Assembly: GCF_018350175.1 (NCBI RefSeq)
Contig: NC_058368.1
Span: 200,138,001 to 200,202,000 of the forward strand
DNA from: Felis catus
Taxonomy: Eukaryota
Direction: 5' to 3'
DNA length: 64,000 nt
The position numbers and the translations under genes are program-made. Of the stretch, positions 24,959 to 36,420 are shown piece after piece; position 1 is the first letter of the stretch; each line of letters opens with the position of its first letter. Under the pieces are notes generated by a model. That model searched no databases, was not told the DNA's origin, and saw nothing but the letters and a program-made list of their open reading frames with translations.

Positions 24959-26699
24959 TGGAATTTGAAGGGGTGAGTTTTCTGACCAAGGGCATGAGGG
25001 CAGCCCAGAGAGAGGATGCAAGGTCATGGGAGCCCAGAAATTTGGGCTAATGTAAGACCCTGGAATTTGTCAAAATCTTCAGGAGCAATTTGGGCTTCCA
25101 AAGGCCAGGACTCTGTGAGTGAAGGGAGAGGCTTCTAGTCAAATTTACTTAAATGTCTGAGTAACAGAAGATCCCACTAACATCTTGTTAGAATAAGATA
25201 GCTATGCAAGTTACCATTTTGAGGATGAAAATGGGTGCCATCAATAAATATGCTATAATAGCAAGTAAATATCAGTGCTCTCTACGGCTAACTGGGGCAA
25301 CTGATTGACACAGATATAATAACAGGTTTTGATTATTTGAGTAAAGATCTGAAAATGCACTTTTAGAAAATACCTATTTACATTAACTAGTTACAAAAAG
25401 TCTTGAATATATGTGTTGTAAGTATTCAACTTGAATTCGTGCTCATCACAATGTATTTTCTAGTCTCCCTCATTCTTTGCACCCCTTCCTCTCTTTGTTC
25501 CTGGACCTGGATGTTCTCTCGACTGGCTTCTTTCTCTGTGACCCCACAGACTGAGCCCACATCTCAATTCTCAGTTACAAACCTAGACACACAGTAGTTT
25601 TGTCACCATCCTTCACTAAACTTGATTACTCATGGTTTACATCCCCATTGCATATCACAATATATGGCACAAAAATGTATTTAGCAATGGTCTGTTAGAT
25701 ACATGAATAAGTTGAAATATCTTTTCCAGTCAATGTCACATATGTTTTAGCCCATAATCTCTTGTCTCAACATGCCCTGAGGCAGCAGGCTGAGTCCTAT
25801 ATACTTGTATCATGAACCCTTCAGGCCCTTAGGTTAGATTGCCAGTTTGTAAGGGAGGAAGAAAGCTGAACAGTGTAATAGATAGAAACTGTTGTAAGTC
25901 AATTCCTGGGGGCACCTAAGCCTAAGGGTTGATTTGTGAGGGTTGATTGGTGAGATGCCAACCTCTCACTACCTGCAGGGAAAGCACTGCAGTTTTCTGA
26001 TTCAGAGAATTACTGACTTTTGTTAGATTTTCTGATCTTATTAAATATGTTTTCTTCTAATGCACTGCCAACAAACCACAGATTTCTAAACATTTTGAGT
26101 CTGTGATTTTTCATATTTTGAATGGCTGTGCAGTGACAAAGATGTGCTATGGGAGGTGCGATAGCTGACATAATAGACTATAACAGCTCGCCCAAAGTAG
26201 CATTAAAATCTGCCTCCTACAATAAATTCATATTCCATTTAGAGTGGGTCTGAATGTTTTTTACTCTCATGCTTCCAAGACTAAGAATGTCTACATTATA
26301 TATTACTATTGGCTTTTTACAAGGTTTGCTGCTATATCAATATATGTTTGAAATGTTTTCTGAAGATCGTATCTTTCTTCCAATTTTTGTAAATTTTAAT
26401 AAGCGTTCTTTCAAAATTAACTTCAGTAATGATGAGGAAAATGGAATGACACATTTTTCATAGGAATATGCAACTTAGGAAATGAAAGTTTGGATACTTT
26501 TCCTGAGGTTATATTTGTTGATGTATGAGGCATATGATTGAACTCTTTCCGGATCCTGTTTTACAGACCTTACAACAACTTCTGGATTTTCTGTACCTTT
26601 CATCTCCTCCCCATCTTCCCTCTTCTAAAACATCATGCACAGCAGATATAACAAGCATTTGTGGTGTTATTTCTACTATTATTGCTTGTCTTCCAACCC

Positions 26700-27245
26700 C
26701 CCTCTTACATAATAATAGCCCAGATTTGGTTTGGGATACGGAATGTCTCCTAATAACAGCCACCTGTTTTGAGAGGTGCCCACTCCACTTCAAGTAACAG
26801 CCTTAGGTCTAAATGGCAGAACTCACTCAACAAATCCCATCCTTCTGGCCATTTCAAAGACTGGAAACAACCCAATCAGAGTTAATAAGACACAAGGAGA
26901 TATATACTGATGTTCTGGAACAGGGGTGCTTTCCCTCTTCCCATGGTTGATATGGTGTGAGGATGCACATTTTGTAACTGCTGTGTCACTTGGTATTACC
27001 AGAGCAGATCCCCAAACTATTGCAGAATCTGGGGATGAAGTGAATACTACTGATTGCAGAGCAAAGAAAAAAAAAAAGGAAGAAGAACTGAGTTCTTGTG
27101 ATCTTTTTGGCAATGCTGGATCAAGCCTTTCATGGATTCAGAACTACTTTTGGATTTTCAGTTACATAAGCCAATTATTACTGATTATAGTTTTAAGCTA
27201 GTTTGAGCGGGAATTTCTATACCTTGGAAATAAAAAAAAATCTTA
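26700..27245 (+). mobile_element. Old MaLR LTR (MLT1J/K-like)
   Basis: 'caacccaatcaga', 'ctggatcaagcc', 'ggattttcagttacataagccaat...tttaagctagtttgag...tttcta' fit old MLT1 3' halves; 5' boundary uncertain. Confidence 0.6.
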
Positions 27246-28730
27246 TATTTAGTGATTTCTGAAAGTATCCTAAATATTTTGATTTCTTATCATTTTCTGA
27301 TTTGGAGAATGATGGTTGAGATGGGGTGGAAATTGGAATAGGGAGTTAGAATCAACTTATGGGAGGTGGGATGTATGGTCTCAGAGGGAGAACTGACAAT
27401 ACCACCATTTTGTGGAATGGGTAGGAGTTAACCACTTTTAAGCAGACTCCTTTCCTCCTAAAGACCTGTAGAATCAAGGAAAGGTATCTCTCATGGCTAT
27501 GGTGGGGGTAGGGGGAGTTGAGATATTGATTATAAAATGTAAAGATCTATTACTGATCATGACTTACTTGTTGAAGAGATATGATATAGTTTATTTTGAT
27601 GCTTTATAATTTTGAACCCAAAATGACATTTTTCTTAAAATCTTTACTGAAAAACACAGGTAACATATAATCCTTGTTACATTAAATGTTACTTGCTGCA
27701 AAACCTTATTCATGTATCTACCTCTTTACTCCTCCTCACTGTTTGTTTTCTTTTATTTATCTTATGTTTTCCTTCTTTTCTTTTTATTCTGTTTATTTTA
27801 ATTTACCAGACAATACTGCCCATGGGTGGCAGCTACAGGTATTACCTGGAATTATTACTAGTATTAGTTAAGAAATTTCATTGTATATTAATTCCGTATT
27901 TATGGTGGTTTGTGTTCTCCTATCTAGGTTCAATATGAACTTATCTTTCATAAATTTTTAAATAGATTTAAAAATCATAGAGCTCATCGACATTGATATA
28001 ATTTTACAACATTTACAAATTTTACCATAAAGAGTAAACTGTTAATTAATTAGATGTGAACTCTAGAACACAATTTTTCCAGGGAATCAACTCAAATGTA
28101 AAAAATGAATTACCGTGGAGTATGAAATTAGAGTAAGAACAATTTTCTGACTATCCAACACAGGTTTTTGTGGGGTTTTTTTTGTTTGTTTTTCACACAA
28201 AAGACACATTTTTGTCATCTTTAGGCAAAATGCCACAAATTGGAAATTGATTAACTAATAGTTACATTATATTTGACTCTTTTCCCAGAGTAGTGTTTCA
28301 CCTGCATTTTTGACTTAATATCTGGACATATAAATACTCCCTTTTTAATTGCATGATAATATTTTTTTCTAAGGAATTTCAACATTTTTAAAAATTTGAT
28401 CCTAATAACTGTTGTAGTACTAAGGTAGTAAGGTAAGGTAGTACAATAATTGAGGCAGAGAGGGTAAATAACATATGAAACAACAATTATTATTCCTTTT
28501 TCTTTTACGTTATTCTGTATACTTATATTTAGCAAGCTTCTTAGCCTACCTGTGGCTCAGGGTCTCCATCTATAAAATCTTCATTATAACATTACCTACT
28601 TCATTGATGTATTTGCTATAATATTCATTTGACCATTTATATATGAAAATTTGAAACCATGTAAATGGCCAAAATAGAGGAGTGTGTAAACAAACTTTGT
28701 TGCATAAATGTGATGCAGCAGACAGCCCCC

Positions 28731-29185
28731 ATTTATTTATTTATTTAATTTAAATTTGAGTTTTTTAACATACAGTGCAATATTGTTTTCAGGAGTAGAA
28801 CTCAGGGATTCATCACTTATGTATAATACTCAGCGTTCATCACAAGTGCCTTCCTTAATGCCCATCACCCATTTAGCTCATTTCCCATCCACCTTCCTTC
28901 ATCAACCCTCGTTTTTTTCTCTGTAGTAAGTCTCTTGTGGTTTGTTTCCCTCTCTCTTTTAACACCCTTCCCATATGTTCATCTGTTTTGTTTTTTAAAT
29001 TCCACATATGAGTGAAATCATATGGTATTCATCTTTCTCTGATTGACTTATTTTCTTAGCATAATACACTCTAGCTCCATCCATGTCATTGCAAATGGTA
29101 AGATTTCATTCTCTTTGATGACTGAGTAATATTCTATTGTATATATTTACCACATCTTCTTTATCCATTCATCAATTGATGGACA
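28731..29185 (-). mobile_element. Carnivore L1 3' end (non-inverted part of a twin-primed insertion)
   Basis: T-rich tail, reverse 3'UTR and ORF2 end up to 'ttatccattcatcaattgatggaca'. Confidence 0.92.
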
Positions 29186-29583
29186 AATGGGCAGAAAACA
29201 TGACTAGACATTTTCCAAAGAAGACATCCAGATGGCTAACAGACACATGAAAAGATGTTCAACATCACTTATCATCAGGGAAATACAAATAAAAGTCATA
29301 ATGAGATACCACCTCACACCTGTCAGAATTGCTAAAATTAACAACACAATAAACAACAGGTGTCAGTGCAGATGTGTAGAAAGGGGAACCTTCTTGCACT
29401 GTTAGTGGGAATGAACTAACATTCATTAGTTTTTTGAGGTTTCTCAAAAAACTAAAAATAGAACTACCCTGCGATCCAGCAATTGCACTATTAGGTATTT
29501 ACCCAAAGGATACAAAAATACAGATTCCAAGGGGTACATGCACCCTAATGTTTATAACAGCATTATCAACAACTGCCAAACTA
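29186..29583 (+). mobile_element. Inverted upstream L1 ORF2 segment of the same insertion
   Basis: ORF 29434..29634 starts [49 protein letters not shown]; the segment ends just upstream (in L1 coordinates) of where the minus-strand part begins. Confidence 0.9.
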
Positions 29584-29780
29584 CATGATAGACAACCTTT
29601 AAAATCATTTTTAAAAAATAACAGATTGAGATAATGTTATGATATAATATTACATGTAATATAAAGCAGGAAACACAATGGAATATATAGCATTAGCTAA
29701 ACATATATAACATTTTATGTACTTGGAAAAAATTTTCAAAATAAGTAAATATTTCAAGATAGTATCAGAGATTATATTTT

Positions 29781-30000
29781 CTTAATTTTTTTTCCGAAGT
29801 TTGTTTATTTTTGGGAGAGAGAAAGAAACAGAGCGTGATCAGGGGAGGGGCAGAGAGAGAGGGAGACACAGAACGCAAAGTAGGCTCCAGGCTCTGAGCT
29901 GTCAGCAGAGAGCCTGACGTGGAGCTCAAATTCACAAACTGCTAGATCATGACCTGAGCTGAAGTCAGCCGCTTAACCAACTGAGCCACCAGGCACCCCC
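29781..30000 (-). mobile_element. Can-SINE
   Basis: Reverse SINEC; TSD cagag(a/t)ttat(a/c)tttt at 29766-29780 and 30001-30015. Confidence 0.95.
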
Positions 30001-30029
30001 CAGAGTTTATCTTTTTAAGGAGGGATTCA

Positions 30030-30394
30030 TTTCTTAGACAGATCAGGCTGCTAAAACTAAAATACCATAGACTGAGTGACTTAAACGACAGAAATTTGTT
30101 TCTCACAGTTCTAGAGGCTGGAAAGGCCAAGATCAAGGTGCCAGTTCATTAGATTCCTGGCAGAAGCTCTCCTTCTTGTTTGCAGAGGATGACTTCTTGC
30201 TGCATCCTCATATGTCAGAGAGAGAGCTCCCTCTAGTTTCTTTCTTTCTTATAAGGACACCAATCCCATCATGGAGGGTCTACCTTCATGACCTCATCTA
30301 AACTTAATTAGCTTCCAAAGGCCTCATTTCCTAACACCATCTCATCTGGTTTCAACATATGAATTTTGGGGGGAATGTAACTATGTAACCATCA
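30030..30394 (-). mobile_element. MaLR solo LTR (MLT1A-like)
   Basis: 'ataccatagactgagtgacttaaacgacagaaatttgtttctcacagttctagaggctgg...ccaagatcaaggtgccag...ataaggacaccaatcccatcatggaggg...ttcaacatatgaattttgggggg'. Confidence 0.88.
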
Positions 30395-30617
30395 GTTATC
30401 ATTAGGGGATATTTTTACATACATTTTGCACCTTTTTTTTCTGTACTAAGTCCAGTTACATTTACAGAAAATGTATTGCAGTAGTGTTTTTAATAACAAA
30501 AGAATAGGAAGAGCCTAATCTCCTTCATCAAGAGGGAAATAGCTAACTATAATATGGAGCAGTCTTACGAGAGAATACTGTTCAATTATTATGAAGAATG
30601 GAGACATGTCCAAGACT

Positions 30618-30709
30618 ATGTATGAAATTGTTGAATCACTATATTGTATACCTAAAACCAATATAACACTGTATGTTAACTGGAATTAAAATAAAAACTT
30701 TTTAAAAAA
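30618..30709 (+). mobile_element. About 90-bp carnivore L1 3' stub
   Basis: Same terminal motif as 1670-1760 (gttgaatcactatattgta...aatataacactgtatg...ggaattaaaataaaaactt). Confidence 0.88.
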
Positions 30710-31135
30710 GGTAGAAAAACGAGCAAGACATCCAAGACATACTTGGCTTAAAAAACAAGCATCATGTGATCCCCATGGTAGGCCAGTCCATGGGGAGTGT
30801 ATTGGACAAGATTGGTCTGATTCTGAATTTGCATATTCACTCACTTGCATATTCACTTGCATATTCACTCACTTAAAATAACTCTCACTTTTACTACCCA
30901 AACCACAACTGAGCAGTATGGAGGATGCACTAGAGACTGAGCATATTAGTGGATGAATCTGTTCCCAATTTCCTAATAGAAACTTATACAAACACTGGAG
31001 ATACCCAAAATTTATGGGAAATGAGAAATCCCACAGGACAGGAAAAAAAAAGATGAGGGTGGTGGATAGGAGCATAAGCCCAAAGATCCATCCAATTACT
31101 CTACAAGCAACGTTTGCTAAGCCTCAGTGTTATTC

Positions 31136-31136
<1 letters not shown>

Positions 31137-31170
<34 letters not shown>

Positions 31171-31216
31171 TATATATATATATATACATATACACACACA
31201 TATATATACATATACC
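31137..31216. repeat. (TA)n/(CA)n microsatellite
   Basis: Direct reading of the sequence. Confidence 0.95.
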
Positions 31217-31944
31217 TCCATAATCTTTATTATTTTGTTATAGGACTTAATCTAGTTTCAGTGTACCAGGTCTAGCAACAGTTTACCCAATATCAATTAT
31301 TTGAGAGAAAAGTTGTATACAAATACAGAGCAAGATATGTACTCAATTGTTTATAGTTACACATCTGGGAGGAAAACCCAATTGGGAGACTGTATGGAGG
31401 ATTTGATCTTTTCCTTATATACTTTTATATTTACTTTTTTTTTTTTTTCAAAATTCATCTCCCAGTTGGGTAATGAAAAGAGCAGTAATCCTTATTAGAT
31501 AATGATCATGTAGGTCTTATCTGTTTTAGTATAAAAGTGAATAAATTACATCTTAATTTATGATATATCTATATATAATGGAATAATACTGAGTCAAGGA
31601 AACTTTGACAAATGAGTTTGTCAGCATGGTCTCCATTGGTTTGATAAGGGCAAGTAACCAGCACTATAGCCAATTCAAGGAGTGTTACAGGCCAGTCCAC
31701 CAGATTCTACCTACCAGCTCTTTGTCTGTTTTCCTATGAATGAGTCTTTGTCCATGACCCTAAATGAAGTATGCTTTAGTCAGAAGTATCAGTGGAGTGT
31801 ATTGGACAAGATGTAGACTATTTACATGACATTTATTTGTCATTTTCTAAGCAGCTGTTATATGTCAGTCATCGGGGCTATAGGGATGTGTAATAAGCAG
31901 CCTATGCCCTCAGGGAGCTTGCAGCAGGAAAGGCAGGCCATTGC

Positions 31945-32135
31945 AGGTGGTATTGGCACAGGATTTAAGGGCTAGGCTCTGGACTCAGGCCTGGGTTAGT
32001 AGCTGCTGTGTGGTCTAAGGGGAATCATCCTACCTCACCTTTGCTCAGTTTCCTTATCTGTAATGTAGGACAATCATGGTGTCTACTTCTTCAGGTTACT
32101 GTATGGATCAATTAAGATAACACATATAAAGGTTA
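31945..32135 (+). mobile_element. MIR
   Basis: 'ggctctggactcaggcctgggtt...ctcagtttccttatctgtaatgtagg...ggatcaattaagataacacatataaag'. Confidence 0.8.
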
Positions 32136-33777
32136 ACTTAATAGAGTTATTATCTAAATAAATAATTTTGATATATTGTGATGAGCTACAATAAAGTCAA
32201 CAAAAATGATGTTATGGTAGCTGTAATACCGTACTCCAGTAAAAATTATCATGTACCATTGGCATCTTCTGTACCCCTGGTTCATAATATAAGCCCATGG
32301 ATCCTGAAATAGGATGCTGGCACTGTCTTTATTGGTTTGAATAGTTCCATTAGTAAGGTCTCTGCCTTTTAGGAGAGGTTTAGCAGACTATGCTTGGTGT
32401 TCAGAATAGTCCCTTCACTGTGGGTGTCAGTCTCCTATGCTCACAGAAGGACATTGTTTCATGAGCCAATAAAGGATCTCAGTCTGTGGTTCTGATGTCA
32501 ACTGTAGAGTGTGTGGGAGATGTGACTCCCTTTCTACTGTATACTTCCATGAAAGGGCACAGTATTCATGAGCAGGAGGCCTGATCTGGTTCCAGTATGC
32601 GGAAATGTGTGGACCAACCCACTGCACAAAGCTGACCCTTTTGTTCTTGCTTTGTGTTCAGTTCTCTTATCTCAGAAATGGCTGCAGGCCTCTCTCTTCT
32701 GCTGGACAGAGTACTAGAGTCCATTAATACACTGTAGCTGGAGACTTACAAAGGAAGGGGGTGGTGGCCAAGCAGGTTCCATTTCCCTGTCACATAGACA
32801 GGAGAAAAATGCACTGCAGTGTCTCAAAGGGATTGGAACTTAGAATAAAGGTGGTCCTCTTGACCCTTGCAAGCTGTTTAAGAAGTGGTGAAATTGTTTT
32901 TCTGAGAAGTTAATTGTTATGACTCTTGCAGTTAAAAAAAATGCTTTTAATGATGCATCAAGGCACTAAATGATTTAAGGGTTGATTTTATGCAAAACCA
33001 CTTTTTCTGCTCAACTAACTCATAGGTTCTAAATGGCTCATAAGTATCCTTTTAAATCCCTATTATGATAAATGAGACCAAATGGCATGTTTTGCTATAC
33101 TGTCTAAATTAGTCACATTTTTCTACATATTGCCTGACTCCTCTAATATTGTAAAATAGGTTAGGAGATGAATTATATAAACCAGAACTCACGCTCCAGA
33201 ATTCAGCCTCTTGTGGTGGATAGCATGCCTCTCTCTTAAAGAAAGAGGAAACTCAGGAAGCAAACAGTTGGATTTGTGACAAACTTTCTTGCCTTCACTA
33301 TAAAGACTCTTTTTCCTTCTCTTTCCTTCTCATAGACAGAAATGTTCTGGGTCCTAAATATCTTAAGGCTACAGGTAAAGGGGAGCCTGAAAAGTCAGTG
33401 CCTGCCATAAGCCCATGTTGCTTAACTAAATTTATCTTGGTGTTAAAAATAGACCCTTGGTTCCTAGGGACTCTCTCTGGAATGTCATCAGAACTAAAAA
33501 ATGACTCCACATGTTGAAAGAGAGAGAACAGGGGTGGGGGGAAGCCTCTATATTGTTTTTGCGACTCATCACTGTACACTATAAATATTCAGAGTGTGAA
33601 AGTAAGGCAATCAAATTTTGTGAGCCTCAATTTTCTTCTCTGTACAATAGGTCAGATCTGTTACACCAGCTTGTTTGGCTTTCATGTCCTATATCAATGT
33701 TAGACTTATTTAATTAGATCAAAATGCTTTACTTAAGAAAGGTCAATACAGGAAGAGGAAACTCATTAATAACCATT

Positions 33778-34343
33778 TGTAGTAGGTAGAATACTCTCCC
33801 TTGCCAAAGATGTCCAAACACCAATCCCTGGAAATGTGAATACATGCAAACTTGAAAATAGGGCGATTATCCTGGATTATCCAATGTGTTCAATTTTATC
33901 ACATGAACCCTTAAAGGCAGAGAGCTTTCCATGACTAGAAACAGAAGAGGAAGGCGAAAAGATGCAGCATAAGAGGAAGAGAAGCTAAGTGTGAGAGAAA
34001 CTCACATTGCTGTCGCTGGAGGGAGGTCACATGGATGACAAGGGAAGGAATGCAGTCAGCCCATAGAGGCAAAGACCTGTCCCTGTTGACAGCCAGCAAG
34101 GAAATGGGGACCTCAGTCTTACAATGACAAGAAGCTGAATTTCAATGACCTGAAAGAGCTTAGAATTTATTTTTCCCCATACCATCCTGAAAGAAACCTT
34201 GATTTAGTCCTTGTAAGTCTCTAAGCAGAACCCCCAACTGAGCCACACTGTGACCAGACTTCTGACCTATATAACTATGAGGTAATTGTTTTAAGCCACT
34301 AGGTTTGTGGTAACCTGTTACAGCAGTATAGGAAACTAGTATA
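33778..34343 (+). mobile_element. MaLR solo LTR (MLT1D/E-like)
   Basis: 'tgtagtaggtagaata...ccaaagatgtcc...gattatcctggattatcca...gacagccagcaaggaaatggggacctcagtcttacaa...ttttaagccactaggtttgtggtaacctgttacagcag'. Confidence 0.85.
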
Positions 34344-35161
34344 ATCTGATTGCTGGGAGAAAAAAAAAATGAAGGGGGCTAATAAATCATATGGCTCCAA
34401 TACCTGTCCTCCTCACCCTCCCAAGTTCTCAGAGGCTGAAGACTGTAGAAGGGGACATGTGCTAGAAAAGGGAGGCCTGCTGGAAGGAGGTCTCTGCACA
34501 GGGTATTCTACATACTGGGGTGCCATTGCATTATGTTTTGGTAAAGGCAACTTAGCAGTGTCATTTGCTTAGGAAAGAGGAGGCCTTGAAGTTGAATTTT
34601 GCTACGCAGTGGTTGGTTCCTATATGCAGACGTGGAACCAAGGAGTCATTGCAGGCTCTACTGTAGAGTTTGAGGGGCAGATGAAATCCAAGGTGGGGCT
34701 CATTAGCACAGGAAATTTTTTGGAGCCCTGAACAAGCAGAAAATAGATTCTGAGCTATCGTAGTTGTGGAATTTAGATGTTACTGCAAATAAAGCAGGCA
34801 GCATTGCCTTAGAGACTAGAGGGCCAGAGTGCCAGAGGGCAGTGCTCAGAGAGCACACTGGTTTATTCTCTCCACTACTGTGAGGTGGTGGGATACACAC
34901 ACCTCCCTCCCTATGGCATATACATTCAGATGTAAATCTGTAGAGGACCCAGAGAGTCAGAGAGAACACTGAGAAGTCTGAGATAAAGCATTGTTTGTTT
35001 TTTGAAGAAAAATCTTTACCATCCTAAAGGAACTATTTTAAATAATCAGATCACAGTAAAGTTAAAAACCTGACAAAAGTTGTTTCTATTCTGTTACCAA
35101 TAACTGGGGACTCAGGAAGAAAGGCAAATTAATTAAATACAAAACAATTTTATTTTCTCAT

Positions 35162-35916
35162 TATGATGGTTACTTTTATGTGTTAACTTGATTTGATTGA
35201 AAGGATGCCCAATAGCTGCCAAAATATTGTTTCTGGGTGTGTCCATGATGATGTCTCAGGAAGTGATTAGCATTTGATATCAGTAGACTGAGTAAAGAAG
35301 ATCGCCTTCAACAACACAGGTGGTTGGGGCACCTGGGTGGCTCAGTGGGTTAAGTGTGGACTCTTGACTTAAGCTCAGTTACGATCTCATGATTCAGGTC
35401 ATTATCTCACGGTTTGCAGGTTCGAGCCCTGCATTGGGATCTGTGCTGACAGTGAGGAGCTTGCTTGGGATTCTCTCTTTCTCTCTCTCTCTCTCTGCCT
35501 CTTCCTCGCTCGCATATGCGAGCTCTCTCGCAAAATAAATAAACTTAAAAAATAAATGCAGGTGGTCATCATCCAATCAGTTGAAAACCTGAGTAGAACA
35601 AAAAGATGGAGGAAGGGAGAATTTGTTCTCTCTGAGCTAGGGCATCCATCTTTTCCTGTTCTTTGGTATCAGTGCTTGTGGTTCTTGGCTCTTAGATTCA
35701 AGTCAGACTTACCACCATTAACCCCTTGATTCTCAGGCCTTTGGACTTGGGCTAAATTATAGCACTGGCTGTCTTGGTTCCTTAGCTTGTAGACAACAGA
35801 TTGTAGAACTTCTTGGAGTTCACTACCTCATGAGCTAATTTCTATGATAAATTTCCTCGTATAAATAGACCTATATATATCCTGTTGGTTCTGTTTCTCT
35901 GGAGAACCCTAATACA
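35162..35916 (+). mobile_element. ERVL solo LTR (MLT2B-like), interrupted by a SINE
   Basis: Starts 'tatgatggttacttttatgtgttaacttga', ends 'ttggttctgtttctctggagaaccctaataca'; flanks ctcat/ctgat fit a 5-bp TSD with one mismatch. Confidence 0.88.
35326..35554 (+). mobile_element. Can-SINE nested in MLT2
   Basis: Forward SINEC; TSD aa(ca/tg)caggtggt. Confidence 0.93.
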
Positions 35917-36175
35917 CTGATGTTGCATTAATTTTATTTTTGACCATGCTACTGTATAAACCTTCATACTTCAAGAAGTGCCAGCTTTCAGACGTCAGGG
36001 CCCAGGATATTGTATCTCTTGTATCCCTCAATGTTCCTAGATTTCAGAATAAATAGTATGGGTATTACTGCCCTGTCCCTGACATTTTAAAATGCCTGCA
36101 TTTGTTCAGATTGGTCAGTCCCCATAATGCTTCAGTTATTAAATATTTTAATATCATGTCTCAAGGGAATTTTCA

Positions 36176-36420
36176 CTTTAACATTTTATTATAATTTTTA
36201 AATATACAGAAAGTTGAAAGAATAGTACCTTGTACATCCATAAATTTGCTACCTAGATTCTACGATCAGCACTCTGCCACATTTGCTTTATCATACATAT
36301 ATCCATCATTCCTCTAGCTATCCATCAATCCATCTTATTTTTTGATGTTCTTAAAAGTAAGTTTCAAACTTCACCCTTACATACCTCTGCACATACATCA
36401 TTAACTAGAGCTTAATATTT
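36176..36420 (-). mobile_element. Old L1M (L1MC/ME-type) 3' end
   Basis: 'ttttaaatatacagaaagttgaaagaatagtac...cctagattctac...tgccacatttgctttatc'. Confidence 0.65.

Noticed and set aside
30794..31812. Exact 1000-bp spacing of the 19-mer as a periodic or CRISPR-like array
   Set aside because: Only two copies, nothing at 29794 or 32794, and the spacer includes a variable TA microsatellite, so the round number is coincidental
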